The notes under the pieces are model-generated. The model did no database searches, was not told the origin of the DNA, and saw only the letters and a program-made list of their open reading frames with translations. The translations under genes were made by a program, and so were the position numbers. DNA of 64,000 nucleotides from Bdellovibrionales bacterium (lineage in GTDB: Bacteria > Bdellovibrionota > Bdellovibrionia > Bdellovibrionales > JAGQZY01): assembly GCA_964230555.1 (NCBI GenBank), contig CAXRIX010000169.1, positions 862-64,861 of the forward strand. The letters are read 5' to 3'. Shown piece by piece: positions 1-8,630 of this stretch (the first letter of the stretch is position 1; each line of letters opens with the position of its first letter).

Positions 1-1
1 C

Positions 2-3000
2 GCGCTCCTTGATGTCGAGGGAGATGTTGAGTTTGGAGCCAATGGAGTTGATGGATTTACATTTGATGTGTCTGAACGAAGAATGATGGCTGGTAATGAT
101 GCCCTCAACTTTATTGACCTTTATGATTTCTCTGCAGATGTGACGATCAACGCCAATGTTGATATGAACTTCAACGCATCCGATACGCCGGGAACTGGTT
201 TTTTCAAATTCAATGGTGCTCCTATTAATGTAGGACCTTATAACACCACGGCTGGAAGCGGTGGTTCGATTCGTTTCGAGGAATTATTAGCAAGTCCTGA
301 TGCCGGTTCTGATGGAATCCCTGAGCACGTTGGTTTTCGGGCTCCCGATAGCGTTACCGCAAATGTGATTTGGACGCTTCCGGATGCTGATGGTTCCAAC
401 GGACAAGTTCTTTCAACCGATGGATCAGGCCAGCTTTCTTGGGCATCCGCTGGTGGAGGTGGAGACTTTTTGGCCAACGGATCGGTCCCAATGACTGGTG
501 CTTTTCAAGCGATTGGTGGAACTAATGGAGCTCCAGGCATTACATTTGATGGTGATGAAGACACAGGAATTACCAACCCATCAGCCAATGAAATGTCATT
601 GGGTGTCGGTGGGACTGGAGTTGTAAACCTTAATAGTTCGGCCATCACTCTGTCACGTCACCTTTGGGTTGGCGATTGGAACTCAACGGCTTATGCACCG
701 ACAAGTGTTGGATTGGCTGGACCCGACGGAGCGACCGCGTCCTTTTATAATACAAATACTTTGGATGACTCTTTTGGCGGAATTAACTTACGAGCGACCA
801 ATGGATCTTCAACCAATCAGCAGGCTTATCTCGGAGTTGTAGCGAACAATTCCGGTAATACACCTGATATAGTTATTGGTCAGCAGACGGGTGCGACGTC
901 CTATCAAGAGAGACTTCGCATCAATAGCGACGGGAATGTTGGAATAGGTACAGATGATCCGAATTCACTTTTAACAGTGACTTCAGGAAGTTCGACGGAC
1001 CTTATGACGATCCGATCGACTAATGCATCCGGGTGGTCTTCTATTGACTTTGAAAACAATACTGGAACACAAGCTGGTTGGGTCGGTTACGGAAACGCCT
1101 CAGCGCCGAGTCAAGCGGGTCAGTTATATATGGAAGCCACCGGCACGGGTGAAATCGCTTTCTGGAATAACAATTTACAAAGAATGGTTATCGACGGTTC
1201 TGGTAATGTTGGAATTGGAACTGCAACGCCAGCTGTTGAGTTGGACGTGAACACTGGTTCTATCAACGCGGCTGAAATTTGTGATGAAAACAATGCCAAC
1301 TGTTTGGATCTTTCATCAGGTATTGGGGGTGGAAGCGGTGACTTTTTAGCTGATGGTACAGTAGCAATGACAGGTCAATTTGATGCGGCTGATGGAACCG
1401 CGGCAGCGCCCGGGATTTCATTCTCATCGGATCAAGACACTGGTGTGTTTAGCGATACGGCCGATGAGCTGGGTTTCTCGACCGGTGGAACTGAGCGAAT
1501 GACCATTGACTCTGCTGGCCGTGTGGGAATTGGTACGAGTAATCCTTCTTGGCCTCTTGAGATTGTCAGTGCCGATACTACGGTTGTTCTTCAGTCCACA
1601 TCAAACAGCAATTACAACACAATAGAATTCCAAGATGAACTGGGTGCTGTGGCTGGCTGGTTTGGCTACGGGAACGACGCGGTTGGAGTGCCTTGGGCAC
1701 AAGACCATGTTTATATCGAATCGGTCAACGCGGATTTCGCTTTTGCAGCCAATAACAATCATATAATGGAAATCACCCAAGCCGGGTTTGTTGGAATTGG
1801 TACGACAGTCCCAGCTGTTGAGCTGGATGTGCATACAGGCTCGATCAACGCCGCTGAAATTTGCGATGAGAACAACGCCAACTGTTTGGATCTTTCAGCT
1901 GGTTTTAGCAGTGGAGACATCAACCAAAATGGTAACTCTTTTGGTGGCAACATGGTTATTGGTACCAATGATGCCAATGATCTCGCTTTTGAAAGAAACA
2001 ATTCTGTAGTTATGACCATGGATACAGTTTCTCTTTATGGTGCTGGAGGAACAGGAAGTGCGGCTGTTATGATGGGAGCCGTCGGTGGAGCCGCCCAAGC
2101 CACATATGGATTTATGTTGGATGATGATACTGGTATGTTCCGCGCTGGAGCAAATGAACTTGGTTTCACAACCGGCGGCAGTGAAGCACTTAGAATCGAC
2201 TCCTCAGGAAATGTCGGAGTTGGAACCGTGGGACCAACAGCTGCTCTTGAAATTGGTCAAGGAGTATCGGGAACGAAACGGTTTAAGTCGGCAGCGAATC
2301 CATACGATGTAACGGGTAGTATCGATCCTCATGAATTTGTCACTGTGTACAATGGAGCCGTGACAAACACTGGAACTGTTACAAATTTGAAAAATTCGAC
2401 TATCCTTTCAGGAAGCGGTAGCTATCAAACTGTTTGGGCGGATGACAATATCATGTCGTTGTCGGCATCAGGTGGTGTAACCAATATGGTAGGAAACGAA
2501 GCCAATCATATCATTGATGGTGTTCCCTCTGGTGGTACAGTCAGTCAAGGTTTCAGTAGCTTCAACCAATACTCAAAAACAGGGACAGGGACGACAGGCG
2601 CTGCCAATGTAGTTCACTCTTCAATAATTCAATCCAACGGTACAATTACTAACGCAAGAAGTTTTTACGCGGGTATGCAACAATCGGGAGGGTCGATTAC
2701 CAACGGTTACGGTTTCTATATCGACTCCATAGAAGGTACCAACAATTGGGGAATCTATCAGTTAGATGCAAGTAACCAAAACTTTTTTGCCGGAAATGTT
2801 GGTATCGGAACAACAACTCCAGCGGTCGCGCTCGATGTGACGGGTGATATTGAGTTCACCGGGACTATCACTGACGTTTCGGATCGTCGTCTGAAAGAAG
2901 ATATTATGCCGCTTGAGAACAGCTTGGATAAAGTTCTAGCGTTGCAAGGTGTTTCATTTGTCATGAAAGGTGATGAAAGTCGTCGAGTCGAAATTGGTGT

Positions 3001-3328
3001 GATCGCCCAAGAAGTTGAAGAGGTGATGCCTGAGCTTGTGAAAGTGGCTGATGATGAGATGCAAACGCGATCGGTCAACTATCTTGGATTTATTGGCTAT
3101 ATCATCGAAGCTGTTAAAGAGCTGCGCGATGCTGTTTATGAAAAGTTCCAACAGCAAGATCGAGCGATTGCCAGTGTGAAGGACTCTAGCGACAATAATA
3201 GCTCTGAAATCGAGAAACTCAAAAGTGAAAATCAAGAGTTAAAGTCTGAGCTTGATTCCGTTAAAAAGCAGAATCAAGAGATGAATGAGCGTCTTAAACG
3301 TATCGAAGATCTACTTTTGAAAAAGTAA
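2..3328 (+). CDS. Phage-tail-fibre-like surface fibre protein with C-terminal peptidase S74 intramolecular-chaperone domain (5' partial, continues left of window)
   Basis: The frame is open from nt 2 (ALLDVEGDVEFGANGVDGFTFDVSERR...), so the tracked GTG at 68 is only the first start-like codon. Six G-x-V-G-[IV]-G-T-x-x-P-x-x-x-L-[DE]-[VI] motifs are present. TDVSDRRLKEDIMPLEN...IGVIAQEVEEVMPELV fits the S74 chaperone signature. The protein ends in a heptad coiled coil. Confidence 0.75.
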   Translation, partial: ALLDVEGDVEFGANGVDGFTFDVSERRMMAGNDALNFIDLYDFSADVTINANVDMNFNASDTPGTGFFKFNGAPINVGPYNTTAGSGGSIRFEELLASPDAGSDGIPEHVGFRAPDSVTANVIWTLPDADGSNGQVLSTDGSGQLSWASAGGGGDFLANGSVPMTGAFQAIGGTNGAPGITFDGDEDTGITNPSANEMSLGVGGTGVVNLNSSAITLSRHLWVGDWNSTAYAPTSVGLAGPDGATASFYNTNTLDDSFGGINLRATNGSSTNQQAYLGVVANNSGNTPDIVIGQQTGATSYQERLRINSDGNVGIGTDDPNSLLTVTSGSSTDLMTIRSTNASGWSSIDFENNTGTQAGWVGYGNASAPSQAGQLYMEATGTGEIAFWNNNLQRMVIDGSGNVGIGTATPAVELDVNTGSINAAEICDENNANCLDLSSGIGGGSGDFLADGTVAMTGQFDAADGTAAAPGISFSSDQDTGVFSDTADELGFSTGGTERMTIDSAGRVGIGTSNPSWPLEIVSADTTVVLQSTSNSNYNTIEFQDELGAVAGWFGYGNDAVGVPWAQDHVYIESVNADFAFAANNNHIMEITQAGFVGIGTTVPAVELDVHTGSINAAEICDENNANCLDLSAGFSSGDINQNGNSFGGNMVIGTNDANDLAFERNNSVVMTMDTVSLYGAGGTGSAAVMMGAVGGAAQATYGFMLDDDTGMFRAGANELGFTTGGSEALRIDSSGNVGVGTVGPTAALEIGQGVSGTKRFKSAANPYDVTGSIDPHEFVTVYNGAVTNTGTVTNLKNSTILSGSGSYQTVWADDNIMSLSASGGVTNMVGNEANHIIDGVPSGGTVSQGFSSFNQYSKTGTGTTGAANVVHSSIIQSNGTITNARSFYAGMQQSGGSITNGYGFYIDSIEGTNNWGIYQLDASNQNFFAGNVGIGTTTPAVALDVTGDIEFTGTITDVSDRRLKEDIMPLENSLDKVLALQGVSFVMKGDESRRVEIGVIAQEVEEVMPELVKVADDEMQTRSVNYLGFIGYIIEAVKELRDAVYEKFQQQDRAIASVKDSSDNNSSEIEKLKSENQELKSELDSVKKQNQEMNERLKRIEDLLLKK

Positions 3329-3425
3329 GATTTCGTTAAAAATGTCGAACACTTGATCAAGTCGAATTCACTAGCCGTATTTACCATTTTAATTGCTTCA
3401 GATCGAGACTTAGCCGTCTTGATAC

Positions 3426-3452
3426 TTAAGTCTTAGTCCCTAAGTCCGATAA
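3426..3452 (+). promoter_or_regulatory. Sigma-28 (FliA)-type promoter candidate upstream of fliL
   Basis: TTAAGTCT-N11-TCCGATAA compared with the enterobacterial consensus TAAAGTTT-N11-GCCGATAA gives 6/8 and 7/8 matches with exact 11-nt spacing. It lies 35 nt upstream of the fliL start, and an AAGGGAG RBS follows. Confidence 0.4.
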
Positions 3453-3486
3453 AATATTAGGGAAATAAGGAAAAAGGGAGAGCTTC

Positions 3487-4020
3487 GTGGCTGAAGAGAA
3501 ACAATCGCAAGACCAAGAAAAGCGCAAATTCAAAGCGCCGAAGTTTTCGGCAAAAGGTCTGATAGCTATGCTACCGACACTATTGCTTGTTGCCAACTTT
3601 GTCGGAATGGGAGTCGGTGGTTACTTAGCCTACATGGGAACCATTGGACTGACGCCCGAAGTTGTGCGCGAGATGGAAGCTCGTAAATATATCTACAACG
3701 AGGAGATATTTAACGATCGCCCAGTCACATATTCTTTGGACCCCTTTACCGTCAACTTGGCTGACACGGGTGATGAGCGAATCGTGCAAGTGAAAGTCAC
3801 GCTCGAAATGTTAAATGAGGACGGTTTTGAAGAGGTGGTTTCTATGGGAGCTCACGCCCGTGACACTATTGTCCACATTCTTAATGGTAAAGAGTTTCCA
3901 GAATTACAGACCATTCAAGGAAAACTATTTTTGAAAGATGAAATAAGTGTCGCCTTAAACAAACAGCTGAAAAGAAGCTTTATTAAGGATGTTTACTTCT
4001 CTCGTTTTGTTCTCCAATAA
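3487..4020 (+). CDS. fliL: Flagellar basal-body-associated protein FliL
   Basis: GTG start after an AAGGGAG RBS. It has a basic N-terminus and one TM helix (LIAMLPTLLLVANFVGMGVGGYLAY). The FliL-like core reads LDPFTVNLAD...RIVQVKVTLE...LQTIQGKLFLKDEI. Confidence 0.7.
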   Translation: MAEEKQSQDQEKRKFKAPKFSAKGLIAMLPTLLLVANFVGMGVGGYLAYMGTIGLTPEVVREMEARKYIYNEEIFNDRPVTYSLDPFTVNLADTGDERIVQVKVTLEMLNEDGFEEVVSMGAHARDTIVHILNGKEFPELQTIQGKLFLKDEISVALNKQLKRSFIKDVYFSRFVLQ

Positions 4021-4995
4021 TTAAGACGTGGGGACCTCATTAAGGAATTCTTCGACGATGGGATACCACACCTGAGATTTCATGAGAAGATTTGAGTTCT
4101 CAAGGTCAGAGCCAATATCACAATGGGTGCCGCCATTGCTGCAGCGATTGAGTCGGTCACAATTATTTTTTTTGTCTTTATAAGTATCAAATTGGTGACC
4201 ACTTATTAAAATTCCCACAACCTCAGCTTTAGAGTTGAATGCTGGGCCTCCTGAATTACCAGACAGGGTGTCCAAATAAGCCGACAGGGTGGTGTTGTAA
4301 TTTTTAAGAGTTCGACTTTGTCCTGAATATTTGGCGGGCAACCCTTGCGGGTGACCAATCGTAGCAACCGTCTGGCCTTTTCTTAACTCTTTTAATGAAA
4401 CCTTCAAATGTGGAATGTGAGTGATGGGTTTATCAAGTTCAAAAATTACGAAATCAATGGGATTGTCTTCAGGCTCTGTTTGTTGATTGTTCTCGGCATA
4501 AATCACTCGCTTGCAGTGAGCGACATCTTTTTTGGGGATAATAGAACCCAAGGTATCGATGGGGCTATTTAAATCATTGTATCCGAACCAGAAAGAGAAG
4601 TTTTCACAGTAGCTATGGGCTTCGTTTTCGATAGTTCCAGCAGGAAGCAAGCAATGGCCGGCGGACACTAGAACTTTGGGATGAATTAAAAATGAAGTGC
4701 AATGACCAAAAGTTTTTTGATTGGCAAATTTCTCGTCTTTACAAAGACCGACAGTTTCGGCGTAGGGCCTTGAGTCGTACTCTTCGTGAAAGTAGTGATC
4801 CGCGTCCAGCTCTTTAAGATAGAGTGTCGGTAGCGAAACGGCTACAGCCTGTGCGGCTCTCTGCCATTGTGGCAGTGAGCGTGAGATATCACGGCGATGA
4901 TCAGGGCCATAAATAGCCGCCTGTCCCAACGCCCCATACATTAGAGTGCATATCAGTACAAAATGTCGCAAAGGATTCCCCCCCTTTGATGACAC
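4021..4995 (-). CDS. Secreted trypsin-like serine peptidase (S1 family)
   Basis: Signal peptide present. Catalytic motifs are VSAGHC (His), DFVIFELD (Asp) and GNSGGP (Ser). Confidence 0.8.
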   Translation of the reverse strand: MSSKGGNPLRHFVLICTLMYGALGQAAIYGPDHRRDISRSLPQWQRAAQAVAVSLPTLYLKELDADHYFHEEYDSRPYAETVGLCKDEKFANQKTFGHCTSFLIHPKVLVSAGHCLLPAGTIENEAHSYCENFSFWFGYNDLNSPIDTLGSIIPKKDVAHCKRVIYAENNQQTEPEDNPIDFVIFELDKPITHIPHLKVSLKELRKGQTVATIGHPQGLPAKYSGQSRTLKNYNTTLSAYLDTLSGNSGGPAFNSKAEVVGILISGHQFDTYKDKKNNCDRLNRCSNGGTHCDIGSDLENSNLLMKSQVWYPIVEEFLNEVPTS

Positions 4996-5020
4996 TCTTT
5001 TCTCATAATTTTTGATTATT

Positions 5021-5770
5021 TCAAGTCGCTTTTTTGCTGCGAAACCAAATAAAGGCTCCAGCAGCCGCTAAGCCAATACTGAGTAAAAATAACAAAGTCG
5101 AAAGACCTTCACCTTGCCCTTGTTCGTCGACAGCTTGAGTTTCAAATAGCTCGTCCGGAATGTCGATGGGGCGTGAAAGCATCGCCGGGGCGATTTCCTG
5201 TTTGTCCATTTTCGAAAGCTGGGTGGCAATTACCTGTAACGACTTGATTCCTTGGAAGAACTGATTGGAGTAATTGGTGTAGAAAAGTTTATGAGCCGTG
5301 AAGGAGACCAGCACCGCCACTTCGCCTTTAATAGTTGCCAGATAACGGGTGTAATAGTGGGGGAGTTCACTTCCTAAGTGCATTCCGTCCACCCATTTCT
5401 GTTTTTGAATTCCGACAATTTTATTATGCACCACTTTTGATTGAGTAGTGCCGCCAGCGGCATCAAGTTTACGAGCCTCACCAAAATGAGAGCGGTAGGC
5501 CGCTATCGAATCCACTTTACTTTTCTCTTTGGCACTGATCACTATAACGGCCTCGCGAGATTTTTTGATTTGTTTTTTACACTCCTCTGAAGAGGGGGTG
5601 GCGCGACAAGATTTCGACACTCGATGACGGCACAAATAGGCCTTTTTTCTTAAACTGCAATTCCACTGATCTGGAAGTTCGAACTGCAGATACGAATTAT
5701 GAAACTTTTTGGCGTGTCCGATGGTCGGAGCAAGTAGAAAAAAAAACAACAGCAGACGGTTGAACAGCAT
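5021..5770 (-). CDS. Hypothetical secreted, C-terminally membrane-anchored protein (paralog A of tandem pair)
   Basis: Start moved to the internal ATG at 5770 (MLFNRLLLFFFLLAPTIGHA signal peptide), which abuts the stop of the upstream paralog. Shares conserved Cys residues and the block WVDGMHLGSELPHYYTRYLATIKG with its neighbour. Has a C-terminal TM helix plus a basic tail. Confidence 0.6.
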   Translation of the reverse strand: MLFNRLLLFFFLLAPTIGHAKKFHNSYLQFELPDQWNCSLRKKAYLCRHRVSKSCRATPSSEECKKQIKKSREAVIVISAKEKSKVDSIAAYRSHFGEARKLDAAGGTTQSKVVHNKIVGIQKQKWVDGMHLGSELPHYYTRYLATIKGEVAVLVSFTAHKLFYTNYSNQFFQGIKSLQVIATQLSKMDKQEIAPAMLSRPIDIPDELFETQAVDEQGQGEGLSTLLFLLSIGLAAAGAFIWFRSKKAT

Positions 5771-5772
5771 GG

Positions 5773-6573
5773 TTATTGTCGGCGACCTTTGAGCCATACA
5801 AAAATTCCAGCCAGGGCCAACAACAATGCGCCAATCATAAGAAAGGTGTCCATGGTCGAGGCGCCGCCTTGATCGGCGACATCCCATCCGTCACTGGATT
5901 CATCAAGAGCGAGATCCAAGTGAGTACCAATATTATTTCCTAATGTTCCTTTTCCACTATGAAGTTCTCTTTTATCTATGGTTTGGGCTTTCGTTGCCAA
6001 GACTCTTAAAGATTTAATGGCTCGGAAGAACTCGGAACTGTATTTGGTGTAATAAAGTTTATGAGCGCTGAAGGTGACAAGGACGGCTATGTTTCCTTTC
6101 AAAGTGGCTAGGTAGCGGGTGTAGTAATGGGGGATCTCACTGCCAAGATGCATGCCATCGACCCAGCGATGTTTTTCAATACTGATCGGTTTGACGTGAA
6201 TGATTTTGGACTTCGAGCGCTTTCCTTGCTTAGTGACGATTGGACGTGGGGTTTTCAAGTGGTTGTAATACTCTTTGAAGGAGTCCTTCGGGCCTTTCTC
6301 TTTGGCGGCCAAAATAATAATGGCTTCCCGAGTTTTCTTGCGTTGGTCCTGACAAATTTTACTTTTTGAATTTGCGCCTAAACATTTTTTTGAAATAGCG
6401 TAGCGACAAATCCAAGCTGTGTTTTCGAGATAACAGTCCCACTTGTTGGGAAGTTCAAAACTGACATAGGAGTTTCGAAAAACTTTGGCTTGTGTTTCAG
6501 ATTGAAAACCAAAGGATGTAAAAACGAAAACTATGAGACAAAAAAAGGATCGGGAATTATTTAATGTAAACAT
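5773..6573 (-). CDS. Hypothetical secreted, C-terminally membrane-anchored protein (paralog B of tandem pair)
   Basis: Signal peptide, then KVFRNSYVSFELPNKWDCYL..WICRY...WVDGMHLGSEIPHYYTRYLATLKG, which is colinear with the 5021..5770 product. C-terminal TM helix plus KGRRQ. Confidence 0.6.
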   Translation of the reverse strand: MFTLNNSRSFFCLIVFVFTSFGFQSETQAKVFRNSYVSFELPNKWDCYLENTAWICRYAISKKCLGANSKSKICQDQRKKTREAIIILAAKEKGPKDSFKEYYNHLKTPRPIVTKQGKRSKSKIIHVKPISIEKHRWVDGMHLGSEIPHYYTRYLATLKGNIAVLVTFSAHKLYYTKYSSEFFRAIKSLRVLATKAQTIDKRELHSGKGTLGNNIGTHLDLALDESSDGWDVADQGGASTMDTFLMIGALLLALAGIFVWLKGRRQ

Positions 6574-6712
6574 GTGTTTAGACTACCAAAATTCCCATTC
6601 AACGGTAACGAGAATCAGGCATTAGGTCTAGGCACTGTCTCATTTTCTTTAAAACTGCCTCACATTGAGACAAATGTTGAGAGACCGTCCCTAGTCTCCC
6701 AATCCCCCTCCG

Positions 6713-8482
6713 TTAATTCTTAGAACTTGTATTGGCTATTTGAATGGCCTGAGGATTGGCATTTTCTACCGCTTCCAAGGCACTTAAAACTCGACCCGAA
6801 CCGACAACATCGGTCAATTCAGGGTGGCTTTCACCACTGATCATCATGGCGAGGCGAATTTCCTCTGGTGTGATCGAAGGATTGGCTTCAATCATAAGAG
6901 CTGCTACCCCTGCGACAACAGGTGCTGCCATTGATGTTCCACCCAATCCAATAAATGGAACGTTGCGTGGATTCATGGTGGCTAATGAGAACATGGGTTC
7001 TTGTTGGTCACCGCCAGGGGCGGCGACATCGACTTCCAGTTTCCCAAAGTTTGAGTATGAAGCAAGATTCTGGTCGAACCCGACGGCCGCCACGTTGATG
7101 ATGTTGGGAACATCCAATTCACCAGGGAAGATGTCGTTTCCAGGCAAGCTCAAATCAAGTGTGCTATTTCCCGATGCACTAATAAAAGTGACACCTTTTT
7201 CTTGAGCGTAATTGAGTGCTTCTTCAAAAGCTTGCACTTGTGACTGAAATCCACCCAATGACGCGTTGATGATGTCAGCGCCGCTATCGACAGCGTAGTA
7301 AACACCAGCAATCACCGAAGCGACATCGCCACCACCAGCGGCACTTAAAACTTTAACTGGAATGACTTTCGCGCCCTTGGCAACCCCGTGAATATGAGAG
7401 GCTGCTAAGCCTGAAACATGGGATCCGTGACCTTGGTCATCAAAGGGTCGGTTGTCGTTATTGATAAAATCCCAACCAAGGACATCGTCCTTGAAGCCAT
7501 TGCCATCATCGTCAGTATCGACATCACCCGATAATTCACTGTCATTGGTTTGCAAGTTAAATTTTATTCCAAGGTGATTGTAATGAACGCCAGAATCAAG
7601 AACAGCAATTTTGACACCTTTACCGGTAGCCAGTTTCCAAGCGTCTTCCACTTCCATTCTCTTTAAATGTTTAAATGCATCGAGCTTCGCCATCGGCATT
7701 TCTTCACCCTCGACTGGGAATTCAATCTCAGGGTTATGAGTCACCATGAATCGAGCCGGAACCACCGCACAAGCGTTACTCGGGTCTTTAGCGACAAAGA
7801 TAACTTGGTAAAGACCAACCATGTCGACTTTAAGTTCTAAGGTTTTGCCAGTTCTTAAACCCGCTTCCGTTTCGGACCCTGCTGGTGCAAGAATGTCCCA
7901 CTGAAAAGTCACAGCTTCTTCGGACTCTGGGTCCAAAGCGGTTGTTCCATTATCACTAAAGACGACAGTTTCGCCAAGATTCATGGTCGGTGATGTCTGT
8001 AGAACATCATTAATGACAGTGAGTTTTGGATCGGGTTGGGCTGTGGCTTCTAAATCGCAACCTTGTAGAGCCGGTGGAATTTGTGGAATATTACCAATCG
8101 ATGGTTGTTCTTCAGTTTCCGGAGACTGGCTGTCGTCTTCGGGTTCCGCTTGCATCATGAAGCGGGCATAAGGATTGGCTGGTTTTTTGATATCCAAGGC
8201 CTGAAAGTATTCGTTCTGCTCAGCCTGCACACTGGGTGCGATACTTTTTATGTCATAGTAATTAAGGCCAGCCACTTCGTAGATATGGTGTTTTTCACTA
8301 ATCACACGATAACCACGACTGGAGGCTAAAACTTTTTCAGTGTCGGCATCAGAGCCTTGAATGATGAAGCGCTCATTGGCTTCTTGTTGATTGGCTGGTG
8401 CGCTCATCGACGTGGGCTGACTGCAGCCGGTCAGTGCGCCCCAAATAACTAGAATTCCTAACGAATAAGTGACTTGTTTCAC
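6713..8482 (-). CDS. Subtilisin-like serine protease (S8), lipoprotein
   Basis: Lipobox LTGC. Catalytic triad motifs are AVLDSGV, HGSHVSG and GGTSMAAPVVAG. A DTDDDGNGFKDDVLGWDF calcium-site-like insert is present. Confidence 0.9.
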   Translation of the reverse strand: MKQVTYSLGILVIWGALTGCSQPTSMSAPANQQEANERFIIQGSDADTEKVLASSRGYRVISEKHHIYEVAGLNYYDIKSIAPSVQAEQNEYFQALDIKKPANPYARFMMQAEPEDDSQSPETEEQPSIGNIPQIPPALQGCDLEATAQPDPKLTVINDVLQTSPTMNLGETVVFSDNGTTALDPESEEAVTFQWDILAPAGSETEAGLRTGKTLELKVDMVGLYQVIFVAKDPSNACAVVPARFMVTHNPEIEFPVEGEEMPMAKLDAFKHLKRMEVEDAWKLATGKGVKIAVLDSGVHYNHLGIKFNLQTNDSELSGDVDTDDDGNGFKDDVLGWDFINNDNRPFDDQGHGSHVSGLAASHIHGVAKGAKVIPVKVLSAAGGGDVASVIAGVYYAVDSGADIINASLGGFQSQVQAFEEALNYAQEKGVTFISASGNSTLDLSLPGNDIFPGELDVPNIINVAAVGFDQNLASYSNFGKLEVDVAAPGGDQQEPMFSLATMNPRNVPFIGLGGTSMAAPVVAGVAALMIEANPSITPEEIRLAMMISGESHPELTDVVGSGRVLSALEAVENANPQAIQIANTSSKN

Positions 8483-8577
8483 TTGTCCCCCCCAAATGTT
8501 TTAGCCTTCTCCCCAAGGCTGGCCACACAAGACCATGGTCCAGCATCTATGTAAAGTTTTCTTTTTTATGAGTCCCC

Positions 8578-8595
8578 ATAAGCAATTCTTATAAT
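8578..8595 (+). promoter_or_regulatory. LysR-type T-N11-A box overlapping a TATAAT -10 element
   Basis: ATAAG-CAATT-CTTAT is a perfect dyad containing T-N11-A. It is immediately fused to TATAAT (8590..8595), 36 nt upstream of the LysR-family start, in the region divergent from the S8 protease gene. Confidence 0.35.
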
Positions 8596-8630
8596 GTTGT
8601 AAGTTCTTGAAAACATTGGTAAGGTGAGCC

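Noticed and set aside
62-70. Apparent in-frame stop (TGA) just before the tracked GTG start at 68, which would have implied an interrupted or read-through fibre gene
   Set aside because: Re-reading the frame gives ...TTT GAT GTG... (F-D-V). There is no stop, and the frame is simply open to the window edge. The gene is 5'-partial, not interrupted.
1-4020. Fibre gene as part of a prophage
   Set aside because: No phage structural, lysis or integrase genes follow it inside the window; the next genes are fliL and secreted proteases. The region left of the window is unseen, so this is rejected only for the visible part.
5771-5887. Tracked 5' extension of the 5021 ORF (MGCRRSRRRLDHGH...)
   Set aside because: It overlaps the 3' end of the upstream paralog by more than 100 nt. 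The internal ATG at 5770 opens a proper signal peptide and aligns with the paralog's N-terminus.
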